Part shown: positions 17,983-27,826 of the stretch, one piece after another
How positions within the stretch are numbered: position 1 is the first letter of the stretch
How the letters are laid out: each line of letters starts with the position of its first letter
NCBI GenBank assembly: GCA_963713975.1
Contig: OY970218.1
Location: forward strand, 3,392,001-3,456,000
Direction of reading: 5' to 3'
DNA from: an uncultured Chloroflexia bacterium
Lineage (GTDB): Bacteria > Chloroflexota > Limnocylindria > Limnocylindrales > CSP1-4
DNA length: 64,000 bases
Program-made: the position numbers and the translations under genes
Notes under the pieces: model-generated
Databases searched by the model: none
What the model was told of the DNA's origin: nothing
The model's input: only the letters and a program-made list of their open reading frames with translations

Positions 17983-18689
17983 GGCCGCGCTCCGCGATAG
18001 CCGACGCCGCGGATCGTCTCGATGTACGGCTCACCACCCGGCCTGCTGCTCAGCTTGTGGCGCAGGTTCTTCACGTGGCTGTCGATCGTCCGGTCGAAGG
18101 CGTCGAAGGCCTCGCCGAACACCATCTCGCCGAGCTGCTCGCGGTTCAGGGCGACGCCCGGGCGCCCGGCGAACGCGAGAAGGAGGTCGAACTCCGCGCG
18201 GGTGAGCGCGAGCAGGGTGGTGCCACGACGGACCTCGCGCCCGGCTGGGTCGATCTCGAGATCGAACCAGGTGGCCGCGCCGTCGGGTCCTGCTCCGCCC
18301 GGGGTCATGGCGGCGACGGGGGCCGCCTGCGTCCGCCGCAGGACGGCGCTGACCCGGGCCACCAGCTCGCGTGGCTCGAATGGCTTCGTGACGTAGTCGT
18401 CGGCGCCGATCTCGAGGCCGGCCACGCGATCGATCACGTCGTCGCGGGCCGTCAGCAGCACGACCGGCACCGTGCTTCCGGAGCGGCGCAGCTCGCGCAG
18501 GACGTCGAAGCCGTTCCGGCCGGGCAGCATCACGTCCAGGACCACGAGGTCCGGCGCGGACCGGAGAGCGAGCTCGAGGGCAATGGTCCCGTCGGTGGCC
18601 GTGAGCACATCATGGCCGTCCCGGGCAAGGTACGCCCTGACGACCTCGAGGATATGCGGTTCGTCGTCCACGACGAGGATGCGCGGCAT
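17979..18689 (-). CDS. OmpR-family response regulator
   Basis: 'ILVVDDE','LDVMLPG','GADDYVTKPF','IETIRGVGY'. Confidence 0.95.
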   Translation of the reverse strand: MPRILVVDDEPHILEVVRAYLARDGHDVLTATDGTIALELALRSAPDLVVLDVMLPGRNGFDVLRELRRSGSTVPVVLLTARDDVIDRVAGLEIGADDYVTKPFEPRELVARVSAVLRRTQAAPVAAMTPGGAGPDGAATWFDLEIDPAGREVRRGTTLLALTRAEFDLLLAFAGRPGVALNREQLGEMVFGEAFDAFDRTIDSHVKNLRHKLSSRPGGEPYIETIRGVGYRGARP

Positions 18690-18720
18690 GGGGCGAGCAT
18701 CCGGGGACGACACCGGCCCG

Positions 18721-19398
18721 TCAAGCGGAGCGGTGTGTCCCGGCCCGACGCGCGTGCACAACGGCGTCGATGGGGACCGCGGCGCCCGGCCCGCGGCGCA
18801 CCGTGGCCGCTTGGACGACCGTGAACCCCGCCGGCAGGCCTGCCACGACCTCCGCAGGCACGAACAGCACATCAGGGTCCTGCGGCCCGCCGACACCCTC
18901 CGCAAGGTTGAGGAGGTCGTGCCCGACCACGAGGAGGCTCCCACCCGGCGCCACGGCCGCAGCGGCTCGCTCGTACACGCCCCGGCGCTCGTCCCCGGGC
19001 AGGTGGATGAACATCAGCAGCACCAGGTCGAACGCCCGGGCATCGGGCTCCCACGTGAGCAGGTCCACCAGCCGCCAGTCGATTTCCACGCCCATCGCTT
19101 CCGCAGCGGCCGCCGCCCGCTCGAGCGCGACTCCCGAGAAGTCGGCGGCCGTCACCCGCCAGCCGTCCGCCGCCAGCCGGATCGCGTTCCGCCCGTCACC
19201 GGTCCCCAGGTCCAGAGCTCGCCCGGGCGCCAGGTCTCGCGCGACGGCCACGAGGGTCGGATCGGGCTCGTGGGCCTCGATGGGGTCGTGCGCCGAGTGC
19301 CGCGCATCCCAGAGCTCGCGGCGCGACGGACCTGCTGCGCCGCTGCTCGCGTCGGCCTCGGCCTTCGGGCCGGACGCGTTCCGTACAGGCTCCGTCAC
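18721..19398 (-). CDS. Class I SAM-dependent methyltransferase
   Basis: 'ALDLGTGDGRNA..LA..GW.VTA.DFS'. Confidence 0.88.
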   Translation of the reverse strand: MTEPVRNASGPKAEADASSGAAGPSRRELWDARHSAHDPIEAHEPDPTLVAVARDLAPGRALDLGTGDGRNAIRLAADGWRVTAADFSGVALERAAAAAEAMGVEIDWRLVDLLTWEPDARAFDLVLLMFIHLPGDERRGVYERAAAAVAPGGSLLVVGHDLLNLAEGVGGPQDPDVLFVPAEVVAGLPAGFTVVQAATVRRGPGAAVPIDAVVHARRAGTHRSA

Positions 19399-19407
19399 AC
19401 CGGCCTC

Positions 19408-20358
19408 CTAGTTGACCAGCGGAGGCGTCCGGCGGTCGTCATCGGGTGATCCGAACCGCTGGCGCAACTCGTTGTCGAGGTGGTCGGCCACGTTCCCCAG
19501 CTGCACGCATGCGAACGCGACCTGCTCGGGCGTGAGGCCGACGCCCGTGATCTCCATAGCCACCGTCAGGCCACGGTGGCCCCAGAAGATGCGTCCGAAG
19601 AGGATCCGGCGGTTGATGTCGTTGAGGGCCTCGAGCATCGGCAGCGTGAGGTCCACGTCGTCGAGCACCGTTGAGAACAGCTGCACCAGCGGCGGCGTCC
19701 CGGCGACGGCGCGCACGTACATCAATGCGCTGCCGATCCGCACCGGGATGTCCCCGTCGGCGTCCCGGATCAGCTCCGTAAGGCCCAGGAATGCCTTGAG
19801 CGCGTCCTCCAGCCGCCGGTTGAGGCCTGCCAGCGCCGGCATCGGGCCCGCCGGCTCCAGGTCACCCCGAGTCCGCGGCAACCGCTCGGCCCGGATCCCG
19901 AGACCGAGCGGCGGCAGACGGCCCTCGAACGCCGGGAACCCTCGATGCAGGAACCGGAGACGCACCGGCGACGGCACTCCGAAGACATCGCGGAGCGTCT
20001 GAACGGTCAGGGCGGCCACGTCGGCCCAGGGAGCCGGGTTGGGCCATTCCCGGTGGAAGTTGCGGTCCCCGCCGGAACCTGACGACTCCGGCCACTGCCA
20101 GCCGAGCTCGCCCAACCGCTCCTCGGCATCGGGTGTGAGCGCATGCGCCGGCACGAGGTGCACGTTGCCGGACGCCTCGGCACGGAACCCCTGGCGACCG
20201 CTGTGCGCGAACTGCACGTACGGCCCGGAGCCCTCCCTGGCACGGGGCGGCAGGATCAGGATCAGGAAGGTCTCCGGCAGCATGCGCTCGAGCGCCGGCG
20301 CCAGCCGCGCCTCGAATGCGTCCCAGCTGAGCTCCTCGCTCGTCTCGGAGTCCACCAT
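19408..20358 (-). CDS. TY-Chap / YbjN-like peptide-binding chaperone domain protein
   Basis: N-terminal 'W..F..RL...YVQFA...AEAS.N...L.ELGW..P...NF'; C-terminal 'DADGDIPVR.GSA.MYV...LN.IN....GR'. Confidence 0.65.
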   Translation of the reverse strand: MVDSETSEELSWDAFEARLAPALERMLPETFLILILPPRAREGSGPYVQFAHSGRQGFRAEASGNVHLVPAHALTPDAEERLGELGWQWPESSGSGGDRNFHREWPNPAPWADVAALTVQTLRDVFGVPSPVRLRFLHRGFPAFEGRLPPLGLGIRAERLPRTRGDLEPAGPMPALAGLNRRLEDALKAFLGLTELIRDADGDIPVRIGSALMYVRAVAGTPPLVQLFSTVLDDVDLTLPMLEALNDINRRILFGRIFWGHRGLTVAMEITGVGLTPEQVAFACVQLGNVADHLDNELRQRFGSPDDDRRTPPLVN

Positions 20359-20365
20359 TGGCGGC

Positions 20366-20851
20366 CTACTTCCCCGGGTTGCGGCTGGCGGATGGACGCG
20401 GGCGAGCGACCCACTCGAGATACAGCGCATCGAACTCCGCCACGAGGCGGGCGCGCTCCTTCATCACCGCGGCCCATTCGTCCAGCGCGGCCCAGCCGGC
20501 CTCCGTCAGCTCGTAGTCGCGCCGTGCGGGCCCGGAGCCGGTCGCCCATGTGGACCGCACCTGGTCCGCCTTCTCCAGGTCGCGCAATGTGCGGTAGACC
20601 TGACCGACATCCACCGGGCCGTTCGTGATCCCAAGCTGTGCGAGGTCCCCGACGATCCCGTACCCGTGCACGGACCCACTGGTCAGCAGCGCGAGGACGA
20701 ACGGCTCCATCCAGCGATGGTGGGGGCCGACCTGCGCCCAGCCACGATGAACCGGGGCACCGTGGGAGTCCGTGCCGGACGCGATGCCCTGGCCGGAGGT
20801 ACCGGAGGGTTGCTCCTGATCACCGGTGCGTTCCGGACGGCTGTCACTCAT
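20366..20851 (-). CDS. PadR-family transcriptional regulator
   Basis: 'VLALL..G..HGY....L...VYRTLRDLE....V.S.W...GPARR.Y.LT.AG'. Confidence 0.9.
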   Translation of the reverse strand: MSDSRPERTGDQEQPSGTSGQGIASGTDSHGAPVHRGWAQVGPHHRWMEPFVLALLTSGSVHGYGIVGDLAQLGITNGPVDVGQVYRTLRDLEKADQVRSTWATGSGPARRDYELTEAGWAALDEWAAVMKERARLVAEFDALYLEWVARPRPSASRNPGK

Positions 20852-20962
20852 GTGCCGGGAGCATACGGGGTCACGGCCCAGATCGGGAACTGGCCGTGCG
20901 GCGGATGGCGAGGGGTGTAAATCACCGACGGCCCGCCCGCCCGCACGCTAGGCTTCACCGCC

Positions 20963-22852
20963 ATGACCGCGCATGACCGCACGCTGGCCGCCATCGTCGA
21001 TGCCTTCGTCCCTGCGGCGGATGGCATCCCGTCTGCGAGCGAGCTGGGTGTCCACCGCCGGCTGCTGGCGGAGGTCGATGCCCTCGGCAAGCCCGCGCTG
21101 CGGCGCCAGCTGGACCTGCTGCTATGGGCGATGAGCTCTCGCATCGGCTCGCTGGCGATCGGTGGTCGACCCGGACGGATCGCGGACATGGACCAGGAGG
21201 GTCGCGAGGCCTTCATGCGGCGGCTGGGCGGCAGCGCCATCCCGCTCAAGCGCACGGCCTTCCAGGACCTCAAGCGCCTGACCCTGCTCCTCGCCTACGG
21301 GATCGAGGACTCGCCGTGGCGGGCTCGGACGGGATTCGTCGCGCCCGTGCCGGATCCGCCGAGCCTCAGCCGGGTGACGGCCCGGACGCCCCGCGCGGGC
21401 GAGGTGCTCGACGCGGACGTGGTCGTCATCGGCTCCGGACCCGGGGGCAGCGTCACCGCTGCGATGCTGGCGGCAGCCGGCAAGCGGGTCCTCGTGCTCG
21501 AGCGGGCCGCCATGGTCACCGAGGCCGGCTTCGGTGGGCCAGAGCTGGATGGCCTGGGCACGCTGTTCCTCGACCGCGGGCTCGCGGCCACCAGCGACCG
21601 CTGGATCTCCATCCGCGCGGGCAGTGCTGTCGGCGGCGGGTCCGTCATCAACTGGGCGTCCTCGCTGCGCGCCCCGGAGGCCGTACGCGACGAATGGCGG
21701 GCCGCGGGCATCGGGGACGACCTGGACGCGCACTACGGCGCGATCGAGGAGGACCTCCACGTCACGGCGGACGAGAGCACCCACAACGGGCCCAACGCCA
21801 TGCTCGCCGCGGGACTCGACGCGCTCGGCCTGTCTCACCAGGTGATCCCGCGCAATGTGCGCGACTGCGGTGACTGCGGTCCGTGCGCCGTGGGCTGCCG
21901 GAGCGGCGCCAAGCAGTCCGTGCTCCGGCGGTCCCTCGCGTCCGCGTGCGCCCTCGGTGCCGAGGTCCTCGATCGCACGGAGGTCCTCACGTTCAGCGTC
22001 GAGCATGGGCGTGCCACCGGCGTCACGGCGCGTGTGCCCGGCGGCGAGATCACCGTGCGAGCGCCGATGGTGGCGCTCGCCGGCGGGTCGATCCTGTCCC
22101 CCGCCGTGCTCCAGCGCTCCGGGATCGCGCCGGGCGTCGCGGGCCGGACCCTGCACCTCCACCCGGTGGTCGCGGTTGCGGGCGTCTACCCGGAGTCGCT
22201 GGCGCCCTGGTCAGGCGTTCCGCAGAGCGTGATGAGCGACGCCTATGCCGATGTCGCCGGGCCCTGGGGATTCCGTCTCGAGGCGGCCCCGACGCACCCC
22301 GGGCTGATCGCCAGCGGGTTCCCGTGGTGGGACAGCGCCGGCCACCGCGAGATCATGACCCAGTGCGACCGGACCGCGGCCTTCCTGGCCATCGTCCGGG
22401 ACCGGGGCACGGGACGCGTCGACGTGGGTCGCGACGGGGCCGTCACGGTTCGCTATGCGCCGGGGGCGCAGGAACGGGAGCTCATGCGCCGTGCATCCCT
22501 TGAGCTGGCGCGACTCCACCGGGCGGCCGGGGCGGAGCGGATCGTGCCGCTCGTGACCCCACCGCTGGAGTGGCGGACCGGGCAGCCGTTCGATCCGTAC
22601 CTCCAACGGCTCGAGGCCCGCCCGATCGAGGCCAACCGCGTCCTGCTGTTCACGGCGCACCAGATGTCCTCGTGCCGGATCGGCCACAGCCCCAGGTCGA
22701 GCGTCGCCGACCCGGATGGCCAGGTGCACGGCATCCGTGGCCTGTACGTCACCGATTCGAGCGCCATGCCCACCGCCAGCGGCGTGAACCCGGTGTTGTC
22801 CCTGATGGCGCTCGCCCACCGGACCGCGACCCGCATGGTTGCGGCCACCTAG
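20963..22852 (+). CDS. GMC oxidoreductase (long-chain alcohol oxidase-like)
   Basis: GSGPGG, 'GGGSVINW', 'C..CG.C..GC..GAKQ', 'AHQMSSC', 'PTASGVNP'. Confidence 0.9.
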   Translation: MTAHDRTLAAIVDAFVPAADGIPSASELGVHRRLLAEVDALGKPALRRQLDLLLWAMSSRIGSLAIGGRPGRIADMDQEGREAFMRRLGGSAIPLKRTAFQDLKRLTLLLAYGIEDSPWRARTGFVAPVPDPPSLSRVTARTPRAGEVLDADVVVIGSGPGGSVTAAMLAAAGKRVLVLERAAMVTEAGFGGPELDGLGTLFLDRGLAATSDRWISIRAGSAVGGGSVINWASSLRAPEAVRDEWRAAGIGDDLDAHYGAIEEDLHVTADESTHNGPNAMLAAGLDALGLSHQVIPRNVRDCGDCGPCAVGCRSGAKQSVLRRSLASACALGAEVLDRTEVLTFSVEHGRATGVTARVPGGEITVRAPMVALAGGSILSPAVLQRSGIAPGVAGRTLHLHPVVAVAGVYPESLAPWSGVPQSVMSDAYADVAGPWGFRLEAAPTHPGLIASGFPWWDSAGHREIMTQCDRTAAFLAIVRDRGTGRVDVGRDGAVTVRYAPGAQERELMRRASLELARLHRAAGAERIVPLVTPPLEWRTGQPFDPYLQRLEARPIEANRVLLFTAHQMSSCRIGHSPRSSVADPDGQVHGIRGLYVTDSSAMPTASGVNPVLSLMALAHRTATRMVAAT

Positions 22853-23224
22853 ATGCGGGTCCCGTATGTGAGGATCGTCGCCACGCCGGACGCGGGCAGC
22901 CGGTTCGTCGATGCGTCGGCGGACCTCGCGGACGGCGACTTCGCACCCCCGGCACCGCCGCTCGGCCTCTCCACCGTGGCCGGGGCGCGGGAGGTCCGGT
23001 TCATCGGCGCCCCGGCGGGCTGGGATTCTCCTCCCCACCCGGCGCCGGCTCGCCAGTGGGTGGTGATGGTGGCGGGCACGGTGGAGACCGTGACCTCCGA
23101 TGGGGAGACTCGGCGGTTCGGACCCGGCGCCGCGGTGCTCCTGGAGGATACGGACGGGGCCGGCCACCGGACGCGGGTCGTGAGCGACGAGGCGTGGCTG
23201 GCGATGGTGGTCGTGCTGTCCTGA
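22853..23224 (+). CDS. Cupin domain protein
   Basis: 'HPAPARQW...G..E...SDGE.RRF.PG...LLEDT.G.GH'. Confidence 0.85.
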   Translation: MRVPYVRIVATPDAGSRFVDASADLADGDFAPPAPPLGLSTVAGAREVRFIGAPAGWDSPPHPAPARQWVVMVAGTVETVTSDGETRRFGPGAAVLLEDTDGAGHRTRVVSDEAWLAMVVVLS

Positions 23225-23368
23225 GCGACGATCTCCCGGCCCCTGGAGCATCCCCCGATTTGACGTGGACGGCAACATCGTGGACCCTCCCCCGCAACAC
23301 CGCGCTGGGCGAGCCGGATGGTTGGCCGACCCGCAGGAGGAACCAGCGCGGATCCCAGGGAGGCTTCG

Positions 23369-23836
23369 ATGCCGCGATTCCCGGTGATCCCGGTCTTGCT
23401 CCTGGCGCTCCTGGTGGCCGCGTGCGGCGGTGGAGGTTCGAGCGGCGACGGCGGCGCGGCAGCCAGTGCCCCGGGGGCGGCGACCGTGACCAACGGCGAG
23501 GTGCCGCCGGGCAGCTCGGTCTACTTCGGCAGCGCCTACGATCCGGCATCGTTCGGGCTCGCGGACCGCACCACCAAGATCAAGGTGGGCGACCCCGTCG
23601 TCGCCGTCGGCAGGGCGCTGGCGCCGGTGGACGGCACCACGGTCCAGCTCAAGCTCGAGGCGGGCGGGAAGGTGAAGCCGCTGCGCGCGCCATCGGCGAT
23701 GGACAACCCCGAGAGCGCGACCTTCATGGTGGCCGACCTCACCTCCGACAACCTGGGGCCCGGAACGTGGATCGTCTCGTTCGTGAACGCCAACAACCGG
23801 GTCATCGCGTCCGGCTTCCTCTCGGTCGCACCCTGA
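23369..23836 (+). CDS. Putative lipoprotein
   Basis: GGAGG RBS; lipobox LVAAC after a hydrophobic signal. Confidence 0.75.
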   Translation: MPRFPVIPVLLLALLVAACGGGGSSGDGGAAASAPGAATVTNGEVPPGSSVYFGSAYDPASFGLADRTTKIKVGDPVVAVGRALAPVDGTTVQLKLEAGGKVKPLRAPSAMDNPESATFMVADLTSDNLGPGTWIVSFVNANNRVIASGFLSVAP

Positions 23837-23839
23837 CGG

Positions 23840-23868
23840 TTGACGCGCGGCCCGATCGGCGGCATCGT
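23840..23868 (+). promoter_or_regulatory. Putative promoter of the cys leader/cysE-cysK
   Basis: TTGACG-N17-CATCGT, 6 nt before ATG 23875. Confidence 0.5.
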
Positions 23869-23874
23869 TGGGTG

Positions 23875-23919
23875 ATGGCGTCCTTCCGGCTCTCCTGCGC
23901 GTGTCCACGGCGGCGCTAG
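23875..23919 (+). CDS. Candidate cysteine-sensing leader peptide MASFRLSCACPRRR
   Basis: Leaderless uORF with TGC-GCG-TGT; stop lies in the palindrome GGCGGCGCTAGCGCCGCC; upstream of cysE-cysK. Confidence 0.5.
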   Translation: MASFRLSCACPRRR

Positions 23920-24088
23920 CGCCGCCTGTTCCCGACGCGCCCGGCGCCGCCCGCGCCCGAGCCCTTCCGGCCATCGTTGGCCGCCCCGCCACTCGCGAGC
24001 AACGCCCGGACCACCGTCCGCCGCCGTCCGCCCTGCCCTTTCCGTGACCCGGATGCCCGGGTCCACCCCTGCATTTCCGGTGCCACCC

Positions 24089-24976
24089 ATGTCGTCACGT
24101 CGCACTTCCAACGTCGATCCAGGGCCCGATGCCCACCCGACCGACCTCGTCACCCTCGCGGCACACATCGCCGAGGACGAGGCCACCATGTTCCGTCGAC
24201 TCCCCGATCGGGACCTCGTCGCGGCCTTCGCCGACGGCGTGATCTCACTGCTCTTCCCCGACGGCCGCGCCGCGCCGCGCACCCCGGCCGGGATACATGC
24301 GGAGCTGGACGCGCGCTGCAGGGCGCTCGCACCCGTCCTCGCACCCCTGAAGGACAAGCTCCCGGCGTCCCCGGAGGAACTTGCCCGCGACTTCCACTCC
24401 GGCCTGCCTGCCATCCATGAGCAGCTGACCCTCGACGCGGAGGCCATCGAGGCCGGCGACCCGGCTGCCCATGGCACCGCCGAGGTGGTCCTGGCCTACC
24501 CGGGCTTCCAGGCGCTCGCCTTCCACCGGATCGCCCACGCCCTCCATCTCCAGGGCATCCCCCTGGTCCCGCGCATGATCTCGGAGTTCGCCCACGGGCG
24601 GACGGGTGCCGACATCCATCCCGCGGCGCGCATCGGCCGCTCCTGCTGCATCGATCACGGCACCGGGCTCGTCATCGGCGAGACGGCGGTGATCGGCGAC
24701 GACGTCAAGCTCTACCAGGGCGTGACGCTCGGGGCACTCTCCGTGTCCAAGTCCGCCTCCGGGACCAAGCGTCATCCCACGATCGAGGATCGTGTCGTCA
24801 TCTACGCCAACGCGACCGTGCTGGGCGGCGACACCGTCGTGGGCTCGGATTCCGTCATCGGCGGCAACGTCTGGCTGACCCACTCCGTGCCGGCCAACTC
24901 CCTCGTCTACCACCAGAGCCAGGTTCGCGTCCGCTCTGTGGCCGAGCTTGCCGACCCGACCGACTTCGTCATCTAG
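24089..24976 (+). CDS. cysE: Serine O-acetyltransferase (CysE/EpsC type)
   Basis: 'GDPAA...EV.LAYPG','TGADIHPAA.IG...IDHGTG.VIGET','KRHPTIED'. Confidence 0.93.
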   Translation: MSSRRTSNVDPGPDAHPTDLVTLAAHIAEDEATMFRRLPDRDLVAAFADGVISLLFPDGRAAPRTPAGIHAELDARCRALAPVLAPLKDKLPASPEELARDFHSGLPAIHEQLTLDAEAIEAGDPAAHGTAEVVLAYPGFQALAFHRIAHALHLQGIPLVPRMISEFAHGRTGADIHPAARIGRSCCIDHGTGLVIGETAVIGDDVKLYQGVTLGALSVSKSASGTKRHPTIEDRVVIYANATVLGGDTVVGSDSVIGGNVWLTHSVPANSLVYHQSQVRVRSVAELADPTDFVI

Positions 24977-24988
24977 AAGGGAGACCCC

Positions 24989-25903
24989 GTGATCTTCGAC
25001 AGCGTCCTCGAGACCATCGGCAACACGCCGCACGTCCGCATCAACCGCCTCTACGACCCACGAGTGAGCGTGTGGGCCAAGCTCGAGCGCCAGAACCCCG
25101 GTGGCAGCATCAAGGACCGGATCGCCCTCGCGATGATCGAGGAGGCCGAGGCCAACGGCGCCCTCCGGCCCGGCTCGGTGATCGTCGAGCCGACCTCCGG
25201 CAACACGGGCATCGGCCTTGCGCTCGTCGGTGCGGTCAAGGGCTACCGGGTGATCCTGGTGATGCCCGAGTCGATGTCGGTGGAGCGCCGCAAGGTGATG
25301 CAGCTCTACGGGGCCGAGCTGGACCTCACGCCGCGCGAGCTGGGCATGAAGGGCGCCATTGCCCGCGCCAACGAGATCGCGGGCCAGACGCCCGGTGCGT
25401 GGATCCCGATGCAGTTCGACAACCCCGCCAATCCCGCGGTCCATCGCCGCACCACCGCCGAGGAGATCGCCCGCGACTTCCCCGACGGCCTGGATTACAT
25501 CGTCACCGGGGTTGGCACGGGTGGCCACATCACGGGCGTGGCGGAGGCCCTCAAGCCGCGCTGGCCGGGCCTCAAGGTCCTGGCGGTGGAGCCCGCGCTG
25601 TCACCGGTCCTGTCGGGTGGAACGCACTCGCCCCATCCCATCCAGGGCATCGGTGCCGGGTTTATCCCGGGCGTGATGCGACCGGACCTGCTCGACGGGA
25701 TTCTCCAGGTGGAGGCGGCGGACGCGATGCAGTACGCCCGGCGGGCGGCGAGTGAGGAGGGGCTCCTGGTCGGGGTGTCCTCGGGGGCATCGCTGGCGGC
25801 GGTGGCCCAGCTCCTGCCGCAGGTCGCGGACGGTGCGCGGATCCTGGCGTTCACGTATGACACCGGCGAGCGGTACCTGTCCGTGGAGCAGCTGTTCGGG
25901 TAG
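24989..25903 (+). CDS. cysK: Cysteine synthase A
   Basis: 'IGNTP','[14 protein letters not shown]','EPTSGNTG','GVGTGG','DTGERYLS'. Confidence 0.96.
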   Translation: MIFDSVLETIGNTPHVRINRLYDPRVSVWAKLERQNPGGSIKDRIALAMIEEAEANGALRPGSVIVEPTSGNTGIGLALVGAVKGYRVILVMPESMSVERRKVMQLYGAELDLTPRELGMKGAIARANEIAGQTPGAWIPMQFDNPANPAVHRRTTAEEIARDFPDGLDYIVTGVGTGGHITGVAEALKPRWPGLKVLAVEPALSPVLSGGTHSPHPIQGIGAGFIPGVMRPDLLDGILQVEAADAMQYARRAASEEGLLVGVSSGASLAAVAQLLPQVADGARILAFTYDTGERYLSVEQLFG

Positions 25904-25993
25904 CTCCGCGCGGTTGGCCCTCGGGCCTGGGCGCCGCGGCTGCGCCGTGATCGGTCGACACGGCATGCGCCGGCCGATCACGGAAGCAGCTCC

Positions 25994-26788
25994 CTACTTC
26001 TTGCTGGCCTTGCGGCCCTTCTTGGTCTTCGGGGACGCCGTGGCCGCGATGCCCTCGGCGATCCCGGCTTCCCGGGCCCCCTGCTCGACCATGACCGTCC
26101 CCGCCGTCGCGAGCTGGCGGGTGGCCTCTGCCTCGCCCGCCGCCGCGCTGAGGTCCGCCACACCCGCGGCGGTCCGGCGCAGCCCGTCCGAGACGGCCTC
26201 GTCCCGCGAGTCGCGGAGCGCGTCCGCGGCCTGCAGCTCGCGCACGCCTTCGGCCAGCTCATCGAGGCCGAGCGCGGCCAGCCGGTCGCTCATGGCCTCC
26301 ATGCCGTTGGCCAGGGCCGCTGCCCCCATGGCCCGCCCGATCTCGTTGACGGCAAGACCGTGGAGCTGGCGGCCTTTGCCATCGAGGAAGGCGGAGAAGA
26401 CGGGCATGCCCATCAGGTCGGCAACCTCGCTGGCAACCCCGAGCTGCCCGGAGATCGAGGCCATCACCATGCCCCGGTCCAGGTTGTCGGCGCCCACCGC
26501 GGCGAACAGCTCTCCGAGGGCGGCGACGTCGCCCGAAACGTCCAGCGTCTCAGCCCCGCGCACGGCATCCCGGGCCCCCAGCTCGGCGGCAACCTCGCTC
26601 AGGCCCTCCATGGTCTCGGCAGCGCCCAGCTCGTCCGCCCCCTGGGCAAGGTCGACGGCACCTGCCGCAACGTCCGCAACTGCAGCGGCCGCGGCATCGG
26701 CCGCGGCGTCGAGCAGCTCTGTGCCGGCGTCGAGGTCCTCGGACGCGACCTCCTTGATCGCCTCCGGCGTGGGCTTGTTGGTTGCCAT
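25994..26788 (-). CDS. Ala/acidic heptad-repeat hypothetical protein with a Lys-rich tail
   Basis: GGAGG RBS; repeated 'G..dL..G..el..a' units; ends SPKTKKGRKASKK. Confidence 0.7.
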   Translation of the reverse strand: MATNKPTPEAIKEVASEDLDAGTELLDAAADAAAAAVADVAAGAVDLAQGADELGAAETMEGLSEVAAELGARDAVRGAETLDVSGDVAALGELFAAVGADNLDRGMVMASISGQLGVASEVADLMGMPVFSAFLDGKGRQLHGLAVNEIGRAMGAAALANGMEAMSDRLAALGLDELAEGVRELQAADALRDSRDEAVSDGLRRTAAGVADLSAAAGEAEATRQLATAGTVMVEQGAREAGIAEGIAATASPKTKKGRKASKK

Positions 26789-27089
26789 GCTCTGTCCTCC
26801 CTGGCTGCGGAACACATCTGGTCCGGGCGAACGGGCAGCTCCGTCCCCGGGACGCGATTCACCGCTGCGTCCCATCACACCAGCGTGTGCCTCCGGGTCA
26901 ATCACCCGGTCCGCATGATCCTGACGCAATGTCGACCATGATCCCACCGGGACCATCGGCGCGCAGCCCGATACGACGGTCCGGTGGCGCGCACGCGCAC
27001 CACCACGGACGATAGCGGGCATCAGGTATCTGCGCGCCTCTCTATGGGTCCCCGAGGAGGCCGCACCCGATCGCGAGGGAGTTCACCGC

Positions 27090-27572
27090 GTGGATGCAAC
27101 CCGCATTCCGGAACCGTTCGGCTGGGAGGACCCGCTGACCGGTCTCGAGGGGCCCGACTTCTGGCAGCGCGCGCTCGTGGCCGAGGTCGCCCGGAGCGCC
27201 CGATACGGGCGCTCCCTGACGGTGGTGATCTGCGACCTGGAGGGCATCGACGACCTGGTCGACTCGTGGGGGATCGACGTGGCCCGGCATGCCATCCGCG
27301 AGGCGGCCCAGTGCCTGCGGCGGACGTCTCGCGGCAGTGACTACCTGACCCGCATCGGCACCTCCCGGTTCGGGGTGGTGCTGACCGAGACGGACGAGAT
27401 CGCGGCGATCAACTTCGTGGAGCGCGTCCGCGAGGCCGGTCCCCGCTCGATGCCCCGCGGAACCGACGGGCTCCGCTTCCTGTTCGGCTGGGCCAGCCCC
27501 ATGACAGGCGAGTCGGCCGATGCCGTCGTCCGCCGGGCCGACGCCCGCCTGATGGCGGAGATCGAGACCTAG
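27090..27572 (+). CDS. Stand-alone degenerate GGDEF-domain protein
   Basis: 'DPLTGL','E.AR..RY...L...DL','R.SD...RIGTSRF.V.L','ADARL'. Confidence 0.85.
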   Translation: MDATRIPEPFGWEDPLTGLEGPDFWQRALVAEVARSARYGRSLTVVICDLEGIDDLVDSWGIDVARHAIREAAQCLRRTSRGSDYLTRIGTSRFGVVLTETDEIAAINFVERVREAGPRSMPRGTDGLRFLFGWASPMTGESADAVVRRADARLMAEIET

Positions 27573-27622
27573 GTTCCCGCGCACTCGCGGGCGCTGCGTC
27601 AGGCGCGCCGGCATGCCCGCCA

Positions 27623-27777
27623 CGCAGTCAAAGGACGACTGCTCGTCACCTTGTCGAATTCCCCTGGGCCAGGTTCGGGTGACAGGTAGTCACGAGCTCG
27701 AGGTCTTGTCACGAGGATGTCCGGTTCCGGCTGTCCAGCTCTGACGGACACTCGTACGCTGTCCATCTGGCGGGGAC
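27623..27777 (+). repeat. Double-hairpin element family 2, copy X
   Basis: About 75% identical (one gap) to 49737-49890; lies inside a 23-bp direct repeat. Confidence 0.8.
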
Positions 27778-27826
27778 TCGCGAGGACGGCGGAGATCGAG
27801 ACCTGGGATCGTGGCTCTCGCACCGC

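Noticed and set aside
23920-24088. SAM or T-box riboswitch upstream of cysE
   Set aside because: No SAM-I or T-box consensus was seen; the leader peptide model fits better.
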